Below, piece after piece: positions 24,059 to 35,096 of a stretch of DNA of 64,000 nucleotides. A model generated the notes under the pieces. It saw nothing but the letters and a program-made list of their open reading frames with translations. It searched no databases and was not told the origin of the DNA. Each line of letters opens with the position of its first letter. Positions within the stretch are counted from its first letter, which is position 1. This stretch comes from Azolla caroliniana (lineage: Eukaryota; Plantae; Polypodiophyta): contig JBHGNT010000008.1 of NCBI GenBank assembly GCA_043228905.1, positions 6,882,001-6,946,000 on the forward strand, read 5' to 3'. The translations under genes and the position numbers were made by a program.

Positions 24059-26453
24059 CTAACTATATTTATACTCCATATACAATATGGGCTATTTATA
24101 AACATATTCCTAATGGACATATCTAGGCTATTTACAAATATAGCCCCTATTCGTCTATGAGCCGAATCGATTCACTTTCGATTTTCAGCTAGTCGATTTT
24201 TCGGTCGAGGCCGATACTAATTCACCTCGTGCTCTTCCCATATGGAGGGACTGATTTTCCCAACAAAATCCCCCTTCATTTCAGCATGGGGTCCATCACG
24301 CATTCTTCTTTTTTGTTGATAGCACCTTCGTTAGCTTATCCGATCCGTTGTCGTTTGTGTGAACCTTTACTAGAGAAAACTCATTTTCTTCTACTCGCTC
24401 TCGGAGCCAATGGTATCTCCTCTAGATGTGCTTGGTCCTTGAGTGGTAGGCGGCATTCTTCGCAAGGTGGATGGCACTTTGGTTGTCGAAGTAGAGTCGG
24501 AATTCTTCTTGCAGAATTCCCAACTCACCAATAAACTCCTTCATCCATATGACTTCCTTGTTGGCGTCAACGATAGCCATGTATTCAACTTCTATGGTCA
24601 ACAGAGCCGCAGCCTTCTACAACCTCGACTACTAGGAAATGGCTCCCCTTGCAAACATTATCACATATCCGGAGATGGACCAACTAGTATGCATCAGTCG
24701 ACATGTCCGAATCAATGAATCCTTCTAATGTGGGGTTACCCAAACTTAATCGGAGGCACACACTCAAGGTGCCTCTCAAGTACCGAAATATCCATTTTAC
24801 CGTGGCCCAATGCTCCTTTCCGGGGTTGCTCATGAACCGGTTGACTACTCCAACAACATAAGCAATGTCTGACCTAGTGCACACCATTGCATACATTAGG
24901 CTTCCGACTGTTGAGGCATATGGGATCTTGTTCATCTCAGCTTTTTCCGCTTTCGTCTTCGGACATTGGCCTCTGTTCAGCTTACAGTGTCGAGCCGACC
25001 GGTTTTGCGTTTTCCACACTGAATCTCTAGAGCACCGTCGTCACATACTTCTCTTGTGACAACCACAACAATCTCTTTGTCCTATCTCAAACAATGTGCA
25101 TTCCCAGGATTTTCTTTGCCGAACCCATATCCTTCATCAGAAATGATTGCTCAGGGTCGTCTTCAAACTTCCGATTTTCTTCGGGTCTTGTCCGACAATT
25201 AGCATGTCATCAAAATACAACAGGAGGATGAGAGAATCTCCTCCATCATATTTCTTAACAAAGACACAGTGATCGGCTTGTGTCTTCAAGTTGTTGAATC
25301 CATGATCCACCATGAAGGATTCAAATTTTCGATACCATTGTTGGGGGCTTGGTTCAATCCTTACAAGATCTTTCTCAATCGGCATACCAAGTTCTCCTTT
25401 CCTTTTTCCACAAATCCTTCTAGTTGCTGCATGTAGATCTCTTCCTCTAGATTACCATACAAAAACGTCATCATGACATCCAATTGTTTGACTTCGAGAT
25501 CCATGTTGGCTGCTATGCCCAACACCGTTTGGATGGATGTCATCATCACTACCGGGGCAAATATTTTGTCGAAATCCACACCATTCTTCTGCCGAAAGCC
25601 TTTCACCACGATTTGGGCCTTGTATCTCGGTGGATTTCCACCATCTCCCGGTTTCAACTAGTATACCCACTTATTTCAGAGTGCCTTATTTCCTTTCAGC
25701 AATTCCATCAGTTTAGATGTGTGGTTCTCATGCAGCGAATACATCTCATCCTACATGGCACTCAACCACTTCCTATTGTGGGTGTGTCTCTTTGCTTCTT
25801 CAAAGATTTTCGACTCCTCCTCAATGGTTAACAATACACGTTCTTCATCCAAAAATCTATGTGGGGCCTTTCTCTCTCTCAGAGGGTATCCCCTTTCCTC
25901 TGTTTTCTTCAGTAGACTCGCTAGATCCTTTCTCTTCACCTTTGGCTAGTTCGTCGTCTAATTCGCAGTCAACTACTCATTCTTCGTCTTCAAATCCAAC
26001 TCCAACTCCCAATTGGTCTCCAACTGACCCAATTCCTTGTCTGAATTCAATCGGATCTTCATCTTCTTCAGTTGGGATGAGTGTATTCGACTTCTTCTTC
26101 TCCCAGTCAACAATTTTCTTCTCTTCCATAAAGACAATGTCTCAGCTCCGAACGACCTTCTTGTCGGCTAAGTCCCATAGCCGATAGCTGAATTCATTGT
26201 CGCTGTATCTGAGAAAAATGCATGGTCAAGTTTTCGGATCCAATTTTCCTCTCTGGTCCTTAGCAACATGCATGTAGGCAAGACAACCAAACACCCTCAA
26301 ATGTCGGTACGAGACGTCTTTGCCGGCCCACACACTTTGTGGAATATTACCGTCCAAGGGTGCTAAGGGTGATTTGTTTATCACATACACCGTTGTCATT
26401 TGCGCCTTGGCGTAGAACGTCTTGGACAATTTTGCATGTGCAAGCATACTTCG

Positions 26454-27028
26454 TGTTAGGAATATGCCCCTCTTGTGCGAGGAGTTGATTGTTCGAGCCA
26501 AAAGTCGATGACAAGGAGAGTTGACATTGAGAATCGACTACAGAGTTGACATCATTGTATAAGTGATCCAATTCGAAGACATGACCGACTAGTCGGGCCG
26601 ACCGGATGGGCGACAACAAGGCCGACTAGTCAAGCCGACCATAGGAGTCGGTTAGTCAAATCGACTAGTCAACCAGTCGAGTCAACTGATTAATTGTTAC
26701 TATTATTACTATAATAATAGGAAATTATAATAATAGTAGGGGCTACATTTGTAGATAGCCCATATGGTGTGCTATCCGTGGGACAAAAGGCACGAGATGT
26801 GGAAAGAATCTTAAAGAAAGAGTGTGAAAATGAATGAGTAGGTCAAGTATGAAAAGAGGAAAAGAGTCGAGCACTAGTAGCCGAAGGGGAAGGTAACCGA
26901 AATACATGCAACCGTGAATAAAGGCCGAGGATCATGAAAGAGTAGTGGAAGTGCGACAAGAGGAGAGGAGGCTATATAAATCAAGAAGTAGCAAAAGCAA
27001 CAGAATATATATATATATATCCCTAATA
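26454..27028. repeat. Probable LTR of another family (solo or truncated)
   Basis: TGTTAGGA...TCCCTAATA quasi-inverted ends and internal CTATATAAAT; flanks do not match as a TSD. Confidence 0.5.
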
Positions 27029-27032
27029 AACG

Positions 27033-28410
27033 TGTAAAGAATCGGATATGATTCTTGTGAAGCGGAAGAGATGTGAGTTATGTGTGTGTATGAGAGAGAG
27101 AGAGAGAGAGAGAGACAAGGAGTAAGATACAGACTATACGCAAGATAGATTGTATTAACAAAGGAGAAAGACTCAACATCATACAAGGTGGGAGGAGGGT
27201 GCTTTATATAGTCACCCTCTCTCTTCATTAACTACAAGACTCATGGAGCATGGGGAATGTGAAAGCTCATAAGTTATGTGTCATAGAATATGATTCTATG
27301 ACTCATACTAAATGCTAGAATACAAAGAGGTGACATAATGGTGACTCTTGACCGTTGGAGTGTCTATTCACTCTCAAGGTCAGTTCACACACTACACCAA
27401 GTTGAGCTTGATTCTCAACACGCCCCCTCAAGCTCAAGTCGGGTTGGTTTCAGACGGTATCTGAAATCTGCTTCGACTCGCATTCCGGAGTCCGCGTCGA
27501 CTCGCATTTATGCGGAGTTGCGGAATCCAAGCTCCAGCTTGCGTTGTGCGTAGTTGTGAAGTCTGTGCTTCGGCTTGTGTCTTTCTTCGCGGCTTTGAGC
27601 GGTAGATCGGCTCTTCGCGGCTTCGTTGCGCGGTTGCGGAATCCACGTGTTATTGCGTAAAGTGCGTGGTTTGCGGAATCCACGCATTATTGCAAATATG
27701 TGCGGTTTGCGGAATCCACACGTTATTGCGTAGCGTCTTCAGTATCTTTAGTACTCCCCCTCAAACTTGGCAGGTCAGGGATCATCAACCCAAGATCGGT
27801 CATAAATTTCCATAGCTTGTCAGCTCCTAAGGCTTTAGTGAAGATGTCGTTCGTTTGAAGATTGGTGCTAATGTGTTGTAGGTCGACATCGCTAGCTAGA
27901 ACGCGCTCTCAGATGAAGTCATAGTGCACTTCGATGTGCTTTGTCCGCACGTGGAACACCGGGTTCCGAGCCAGATAGATACTGCTCATGTTGTCGCAGT
28001 AAAGGGAAGTAAGATCCTTGATGGGTACGCCCAGATCCTTGAGTATCCTTTTGAGCCATACGGCTTCACATGCGGCCATTGTCGCGCTCCTGTATTCCGG
28101 CTCTGTGCTCGAAAGAGCAACGGTTTGTTGCTTTTTGCTGCTCCAAGATATTGCTCCGCTACCGAGGGAGAAAACAAATCCGAAGGTTGATCTTCTATCG
28201 GCTTTGTAGCCGGCCCAATCGGCGTTTGTGTACCCCTCGAGTCGTATTGGCATCGTAGTCTTGTAGAGGATGCCGCAATCCATTGTGCTGCTTACGTATC
28301 GTAGAACTTGCTTAGCGCAATCCAAGTGAGTATCACGCGGTGTTTGTATGAATTGGCTAAGGAGACCAACCAGATAACTGAGATCGGGTCGAGTGATCGT
28401 GAGGTAGATG
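27033..28410 (-). mobile_element. Copia 3' fragment (RT end, RNase H, 3' LTR 27033-27420), same family as 1-3387
   Basis: ORF 27909-28325 (YTNADWAG, WSSKKQ, RTKHIEVHY); PPT adjacent to 27420; LTR similar to 2985-3387. Confidence 0.88.
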
Positions 28411-29745
28411 CGACTCCTAATGAGAGATCGGGTCCTATGGGATCCTCACACCGATCCGGAGACACCGGCAGTTCAAGCCGACATGGCAACGTGAGACCGA
28501 GTGAGAAGGATGGTGGCGGCAGGAAACGGGACCCGGCGATGCAGGAAGAGCAGACCGGTAGTCGGCAAGGCCGGAGTTGACGGGGGCCGAACCCTTTCCA
28601 GCCGATTACGATTTCAGAAGGAAGTCGGTAAGGGGTAAGCACGGAGCGAAACAAGGAGCGTGTATTGGGGTCACCTAAGGACCGAAGAACGAACGCGCAT
28701 TCGGGAACGATAACGGCACTCAGGAAGAGCCTACAGAAGGCAGGCACGACGTAGAGATGATTGAACCAACGGGGGAACGCATGCAATACGCGAGGAGCGG
28801 CATCTAGCGAGCAATCAAAGTAACCGGGGGCAGGGGGGGTCTAATCGGAGGACATGCACAGCGAGTGAAGGAAGAGAGACCGGATCGGCAATGGTGTTCG
28901 GGAGGGCCAGTCGAAGAAGAAGGTGTGTGTGACGGACGTGGTGGATCAGATTGAGCCGACGGATCGGAGACGGTAAGGAGCCAGCAAGACGGTCGGGTGC
29001 CGGGAAGGCGGAGAACCCGGTTGATAACTGTCGCTGAAATCTCTCACCCTTTCTTTCTTGGCACGTACTGGTGGACGTGCGGTTTGGTGGGGGCGGATGT
29101 CGTGAAGATTTCCGGCTATAGTGTGAAACCGGGGTGGAATAGGACAAGTTGGTGGTGTGCAACATGTGCACATGTATAGTAGGAAAACAATGTATAGAAT
29201 AAAGGGGAGTATTGATCCCACATTGTAACGTTCCTCCCTCCTTGGGCTATAAAAGGAAGGGAGGGGTCTCTTGTATGGGGTTGCCCATTTTGTGTTAGAG
29301 GGTATACCGTTAGTTTACATTTAGGCAGTTTCTCTTATTCTCACTTCGTTCTAGAGTTTCATCTTGGTACTTCCCTCTCTTCTTCTTCTTCGTCGTGTGG
29401 GTGGAGAGTTCGTGTCAGTTTTGGCTTTGCTTCTACCCGGCCTCCTGTGCAAGACCCCGCTCAGCGCGACGAGCCTGAGAGCTCCCCGATTGGCAGCTTG
29501 GCAGCAGACTGCTGTTGTAACCTACCCTACCTCGGTCCAGCTCGAAGCCGGGGTTGTATCTTTCCCCCCTATAATATATATACTTATACCTGTCTGTGCA
29601 TATTGGTGTATTGGCAATGTCGGGAACATAGCCCTTGTTCCCTGTGCATAAGAGTCGGTGTCTTGCGCATGCTCTCTCTCTTTTGTCTCTTTCTCTCTCT
29701 CTCATGTTTGGTTGCCTCCGGGATGTGTCCAGAGTCAGTTTCTCA

Positions 29746-32700
29746 TGTAAGGAATAGGCCCTTCTATCCACCTTCTTATCTCGGCCACAACCGATTAATC
29801 GCGGATCAATGGAGCAGAAAATAGGAAACACACGTAGAAACAAAACGAAGAAACGCGAGTACACAAGGATTAACGTGGAAAACCCTAAACGGGGAAAAAC
29901 CACGGGAGTACAAGACTCCAAACAACACTATACAGAGAAGTATACAATGACGAGCTCCAAGGCGACGACCTTGAGCTCGCTGTCCTCGCCACAGGCGGCG
30001 GAAATACACAGAGGCGTCTACCTCTTTCTCTCTCGCGCTCTCTCTCTTTCTCTCTCTCACGGCTGCTCTCTCTTCACTCCTCTAAAGTGGAAAAACAGAA
30101 AAATGAGAAGCAACACCAAAACTATTTGCCCTAAGTCATATTTATACATATATGACTTTAGGGCTATTTACAACTATAGCCTCAGGGGCCCATAACGAAC
30201 ATATTCACGGATATGTCCCTGCATCCGGATTGCTCTCCGGGTACATTCATCATCCGGCACCGAAGCCGGGGTCTTCGTCATCCGGATCCGAAACCGAAAC
30301 CGGGCTCGTCGGCATTCATCTCCGACATCCGACCATCCCATCCGAAGGGACCGTAATCCCAACAAACTCCCCCTTCACTTCGGCATGGGATGTCTCTCCA
30401 ATCCGATCCTCTTCCGGCATGCTTCCAGCTTGTCGGGTGTGAGCACCTTGGTCAGCATATCCGACCCGTTCTCGTCGGTGTGGATCTTCGTCAGCACGAA
30501 CTCCTTGTCTTCTATCCTTTCCCGGATCCAGTGATATCTTCGCTGGATGTGCTTCGTCCGGGAGTGATAGGCTGCGTTCTTCGCAAGGTGGATGGCACTC
30601 TGACTGTCGCAGTAGAGTCGGTACTCCTCTTGCCGGATACCGAGCTCTCTAATGAAGTCCTTCATCCATATTATTTCCTTGCCGGCTTCAACAGCCGCCA
30701 TGTACTCCGCCTCCGTGGTTGACAACGCAACCGTCTTCTGCAGCCTCGACTGCCACGAAACAGCTCCCCCTGCATACGTCATCACATACCCTGATGTGGA
30801 CCGGCTGGTATCTGCATCAGCCGACATATCAGAATCAGTAAAGCCTTCGAGTTCGGGCTTACCGGAGCCGAATCGGAGGCACACGTTTGCCGTGCCCTTC
30901 AGGTATCGGAGTATCCACTTGACCGCGTTCCAGTGCTCTTTGCCGGGATTGCTCATGTACCGGCTCACCACTCCGACTGCATATCCTATGTCCGGTCTCG
31001 TACACACCATGGCGTACATCAAGCTCCCGACGGCTGAGGCATACGGCACTTCCATCATATCCTCCTTTTCAGCCTTTGTCTTGGGACTTTGCTTGCTGGT
31101 CAGCTTGCAGTTTGCCGGGAGGGTCGATCCGACCGGTCTTGCTTCCGACATGTTGAACCGTTGAAGCACCTTTGTCACGTACTTCTCCTGTGACAGCCAC
31201 AACTGCTTCTTCTTCCGGTCCCGGATGATGTGCATCCCTAGTATTTGCCTCGCCGGACCCAGGTCCTTCATTGAGAAGGTTCGGTGAAGAGCCTTCTTCA
31301 GCATCCGTATCTTGACCTGGTCCCGTCCGACGATCAACATGTCGTCCACGTACAGGAGGAGTATTAGAGAGTCTCCTCCTTCGAACTTCTTCACAAACAC
31401 GCAGTGGTCGGACTGCGTTTTGAGGTACCCTTCGTCGGTCATGAAGGAGTCGAACTTCCGGTACCATTGCCGGGGAGCCTGCTTCAGTCCGTAAAGGCTC
31501 TTCTTCAATCGGCATACCAGGTGCTCCTTCCCTTTCTTCTCGAATCCTTCCGGTTGCTGCATGTAGATCTCTTCATCGAGGTCACCGTGAAGGAATGCCG
31601 TCTTCACGTCCATCTGTTCTACCTCGAGGTCCATGCTTGCCGCTATGCTTAGCACCGTCCGGATGGAGGTCATCTTCACTACCGGGGCAAATATCTCGTC
31701 GAAGTCGACGCCCTTCTTTTGCTGAAACCCCTTCACCACGATCCTGGCTTTGTATCTCGGGGGGTTTCCGGCATCTCCCGGTTTCAGCTTGAACACCCAC
31801 TTGTTTCGAAGTGCCCGCTTTCCCTTCGGCAACTCCACAAGTTCATATGTGTGGTTCTCATGCAGGGAATCCATCTCGTCCTGCATGGCACTCAACCACC
31901 TGCGGCTCTGGGTGTCATGCTTCGCTTCTTCAAAGCTCTCCGGCTCCCCCTCATCGGTTAGCAGCACGTGCTCTGGTTCCGGAAATCTCCGGGGGGCCCT
32001 TCTCTCTCTTAGAGGATATCTCCGTTCCGGAGCTTCGGTAACCGGTTCTTCCGATTCTTCTTCATCCGAGACCATTTCGGGATCGGGGCCGGTTCCGGTA
32101 TCATTTTCATCTTCTTCGGCCAGTTCTGTGTCTTCACTGTCTTCGGCCGGATCCTCGAGTGCTAACCGGTCCCTTGCCGGTCGGGACTGCTCCTCGTAGA
32201 GTTGATCCTCACCGGTCGACTTGGAGCTCTTCATCTTCTTCTCCGACTCCCAGTCGGCGAGCGTCTTGTTCTCCATGAAGATGATATCACGACTCCGGAA
32301 TATCTTCTTGTCGACCGGGTCCCATACTCGGTAGCCGAACTCGTCGTCGCCGTAACCGAGGAATATGCATGGCCGGGTCTTCGGATCTAGCTTTCCTCTC
32401 CGGTCCTTTGCCACATGCACGTATGCGAGACACCCGAACACCTTCAGATGCCGGTAGGACACTTCCTTACCAGTCCACACTTTCTGCGGCGTGTCTCCGT
32501 CCAAAGGTACTGAGGGTGATCTGTTTATCACGTATGTCGCCGTCGACATTGCCTCAGCCCAAAACCCCTTGGGTAATTTCGCATGCGCCAGCATACTCCG
32601 GACCCGCTCCATTATGGTCCGGTTCATCCTCTCGGCCAGCCCGTTCAGTTCCGGCGTCTTCGGCACAGTAAACTCGAGTCGGATTCCCTTCGAGCGACAG

Positions 32701-35096
32701 TACTCCTGGAACTGCCCTCGGTATTCCCCTCCGTTATCCGCTCGTATCGCTTTCAGCTTCTTGCCGGATTCTCTTTCCACTCTCGCATGGAGTTCTTTGA
32801 AGACGGACAACACTTGGTCCTTTGTCTTCATCGGTGCCGTCCACAGTTTTCGGCTATGATCATCGATGAATGTTACGAAGTACTGGGCTCCGCCATGTGA
32901 CTTCGTCTCTACCTGACACACGTCAGTGTGCACCAACTCCAATGGTGTGCTACGTCTCGTCGGTGGCCTTGAGTGGAAGGAGGTTCGGTTCTGCTTACCG
33001 GCCAGGCAATCGGTGCACTTCTCCAGGTGCACGTGCTTCACTGGGATGAGGTTGTCTTCTGCAAGCCTCTTCATCCCCTTCTCACTCATGTGGCACAGTC
33101 TTTTGTGCCACAGCTCACCGGCAGTGTCGGCTGCCACATTCAGCTCTTCCGGACATAACCGGGCATTCATCAGGTACAGTGTGTTGACCTTCCGGGCCCG
33201 AACCACTATCAAGCTCCCCTTGCTGAACTTCATGACACCGTTCCGGATGCTACCCGTGTAGCCTTCATCATCTAGCCTCCCGGCCGAAATCAGGTTCAAT
33301 CGGACCTCCGGAACGTGTCGGACATCTTTCAGCAGCATTTTGCATCCGGTCGGGGTTGTCAACCACACGTCTCCTATGCCGGCAATCCGGCACGTACCTT
33401 CATTTCCCATCCGAACACAGCCATGCTCGCCGGCTGTGTAGGATGAGAAGTATCTTCTCTCCGGGGTCAGGTGGAACGATGCTCCGGAATCGACCACCCA
33501 GGTCGTCTCATCGCCGGCAACGTTTAGCTCACCTTCTTCGGTGATGAGCATGATTTCTTCCTCACTTGCCGCGAGTGCCGTTGTTCCTTTCCGGTCTTGC
33601 CCTCGCCGATCCGAACCTCTCCGGTCCGTGGCTCCCCGGTATGCACCGTTTCTCTCCGGTGACTTCTTCGAGTCGGTGTCGTCGGCTCCGTTGTCTTTTC
33701 GGTAATGCCGACAATTCTTTCGGAAGTGCCCCGGCTTCCCACAGTGGAAGCATGTGGGCCTTCCTCTTGACTGCGACCGGGTCCCCGACTTCTCCCGTCT
33801 TTGCGGACTCCGGTTCCACTGTCTTCCCCGATCCGATTCGGTAAACAGCATCTTCGGGTCGGAGGCCGGTTCCTTATCTCTCCGACGCGCTTCTTCATTC
33901 AGAATACTTGTCTTTACAGTTTGTAAGGACAAGTTATCTTCGGTGCACGAGGTGCTGAGAGTCACCACCAAGTTCTCCCAGCTTTCCGGCAATGTACACA
34001 TCAGGATGATGGCTTGCATTGCATCCTCCAACGGGAACTTGATCGCCGCAAGCTGGTTCACGAATCCCATGAACGTGCTTACGTGTTCCACCATACTCTC
34101 GCCGTCCCGATACTTGAGATTCACAATCTTCCTCATCAGGGAGGTCCGGTTCAACGCATTCTTCCTCTCATAGAGGCCAGACAGCTTCTTCCACATCTCG
34201 TATGCGTTGGTGTCGTTCGCCACATGTTGCAGGACGCTTACGTCGACATATTGTCGGATCGTCGCTACGGCTTTCCGGTTCAGGAGCTTCCACTCCGACT
34301 CAAGTACCCCCTTCGGTATTTCCGACCTGTCAATCGGTTCGTACAGGTCCCGAACAATCAGAAAATCCTCCATCTTGATCTTCCAGTCGGCGTAATTCTG
34401 TGCATTCAGCACCATCATCATCGGCTGCCCGCTGCCGCCGCCTTCCATTTTCTGCAACAGTCGCTCTGATACCAGTTTGTAAGGAATAGGCCCTTCTATC
34501 CACCTTCTTATCTCGGCCACAACCGATTAATCGCGGATCAATGGAGCAGAAAATAGGAAACACACGTAGAAACAAAACGAAGAAACGCGAGTACACAAGG
34601 ATTAACGTGGAAAACCCTAAACGGGGAAAAACCACGGGAGTACAAGACTCCAAACAACACTATACAGAGAAGTATACAATGACGAGCTCCAAGGCGACGA
34701 CCTTGAGCTCGCTGTCCTCGCCACAGGCGGCGGAAATACACAGAGGCGTCTACCTCTTTCTCTCTCGCGCTCTCTCTCTTTCTCTCTCTCACGGCTGCTC
34801 TCTCTTCACTCCTCTAAAGTGGAAAAACAGAAAAATGAGAAGCAACACCAAAACTATTTGCCCTAAGTCATATTTATACATATATGACTTTAGGGCTATT
34901 TACAACTATAGCCTCAGGGGCCCATAACGAACATATTCACGGATATGTCCCTGCATCCGGATTGCTCTCCGGGTACATTCGTCATCCGGCACCGAAGCCG
35001 GGGTCTTCGTCATCCGGATCCGAAACCGAAACCGGGCTCGTCGGCATTCATCTCCGACATCCGACCATCCCATCCGAAGGGACCGTAATCCCAACA
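29746..35096 (-). mobile_element. Intact full-length Ty1/copia (Tnt1/Tork-like) retrotransposon
   Basis: 619-bp LTRs 29746-30364 and 34478-35096 with one visible mismatch; TSD TCTCA; PBS TGGTATCAGAGC; PPT; uninterrupted polyprotein. Confidence 0.98.
30375..34448 (-). CDS. Copia Gag-Pol polyprotein (1357 aa from MEGGGSG)
   Basis: CFHCGKPGHFRKNC, WVVDSGAS, LWHKRLCH, VHTDVC, ADNGGEY, NGLAERMNR, LLYVDDML, FTDSDMS, RTKHIQRRY; first ATG after the PBS at 34448. Confidence 0.97.
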   Translation of the reverse strand: MEGGGSGQPMMMVLNAQNYADWKIKMEDFLIVRDLYEPIDRSEIPKGVLESEWKLLNRKAVATIRQYVDVSVLQHVANDTNAYEMWKKLSGLYERKNALNRTSLMRKIVNLKYRDGESMVEHVSTFMGFVNQLAAIKFPLEDAMQAIILMCTLPESWENLVVTLSTSCTEDNLSLQTVKTSILNEEARRRDKEPASDPKMLFTESDRGRQWNRSPQRREKSGTRSQSRGRPTCFHCGKPGHFRKNCRHYRKDNGADDTDSKKSPERNGAYRGATDRRGSDRRGQDRKGTTALAASEEEIMLITEEGELNVAGDETTWVVDSGASFHLTPERRYFSSYTAGEHGCVRMGNEGTCRIAGIGDVWLTTPTGCKMLLKDVRHVPEVRLNLISAGRLDDEGYTGSIRNGVMKFSKGSLIVVRARKVNTLYLMNARLCPEELNVAADTAGELWHKRLCHMSEKGMKRLAEDNLIPVKHVHLEKCTDCLAGKQNRTSFHSRPPTRRSTPLELVHTDVCQVETKSHGGAQYFVTFIDDHSRKLWTAPMKTKDQVLSVFKELHARVERESGKKLKAIRADNGGEYRGQFQEYCRSKGIRLEFTVPKTPELNGLAERMNRTIMERVRSMLAHAKLPKGFWAEAMSTATYVINRSPSVPLDGDTPQKVWTGKEVSYRHLKVFGCLAYVHVAKDRRGKLDPKTRPCIFLGYGDDEFGYRVWDPVDKKIFRSRDIIFMENKTLADWESEKKMKSSKSTGEDQLYEEQSRPARDRLALEDPAEDSEDTELAEEDENDTGTGPDPEMVSDEEESEEPVTEAPERRYPLRERRAPRRFPEPEHVLLTDEGEPESFEEAKHDTQSRRWLSAMQDEMDSLHENHTYELVELPKGKRALRNKWVFKLKPGDAGNPPRYKARIVVKGFQQKKGVDFDEIFAPVVKMTSIRTVLSIAASMDLEVEQMDVKTAFLHGDLDEEIYMQQPEGFEKKGKEHLVCRLKKSLYGLKQAPRQWYRKFDSFMTDEGYLKTQSDHCVFVKKFEGGDSLILLLYVDDMLIVGRDQVKIRMLKKALHRTFSMKDLGPARQILGMHIIRDRKKKQLWLSQEKYVTKVLQRFNMSEARPVGSTLPANCKLTSKQSPKTKAEKEDMMEVPYASAVGSLMYAMVCTRPDIGYAVGVVSRYMSNPGKEHWNAVKWILRYLKGTANVCLRFGSGKPELEGFTDSDMSADADTSRSTSGYVMTYAGGAVSWQSRLQKTVALSTTEAEYMAAVEAGKEIIWMKDFIRELGIRQEEYRLYCDSQSAIHLAKNAAYHSRTKHIQRRYHWIRERIEDKEFVLTKIHTDENGSDMLTKVLTPDKLEACRKRIGLERHPMPK

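Larger units (their letters stand above)
21187..26453 (-). mobile_element. Decayed Tnt1/Tork-like copia: 3' LTR (21187-24265, interrupted) plus RNase H, RT and integrase fragments
   Basis: LTR ends ...TTCCCAACA next to PPT; fragments YASTVGSLMYAMVCTR, LLYFDDML, RYKAQIVVKG, LRVFGCLAY. Confidence 0.85.

Noticed and set aside
34449-34520. N-terminal 24-aa extension of the 1381-aa ORF
   Set aside because: It lies in LTR/PBS sequence; the true start is more plausibly the ATG at 34448
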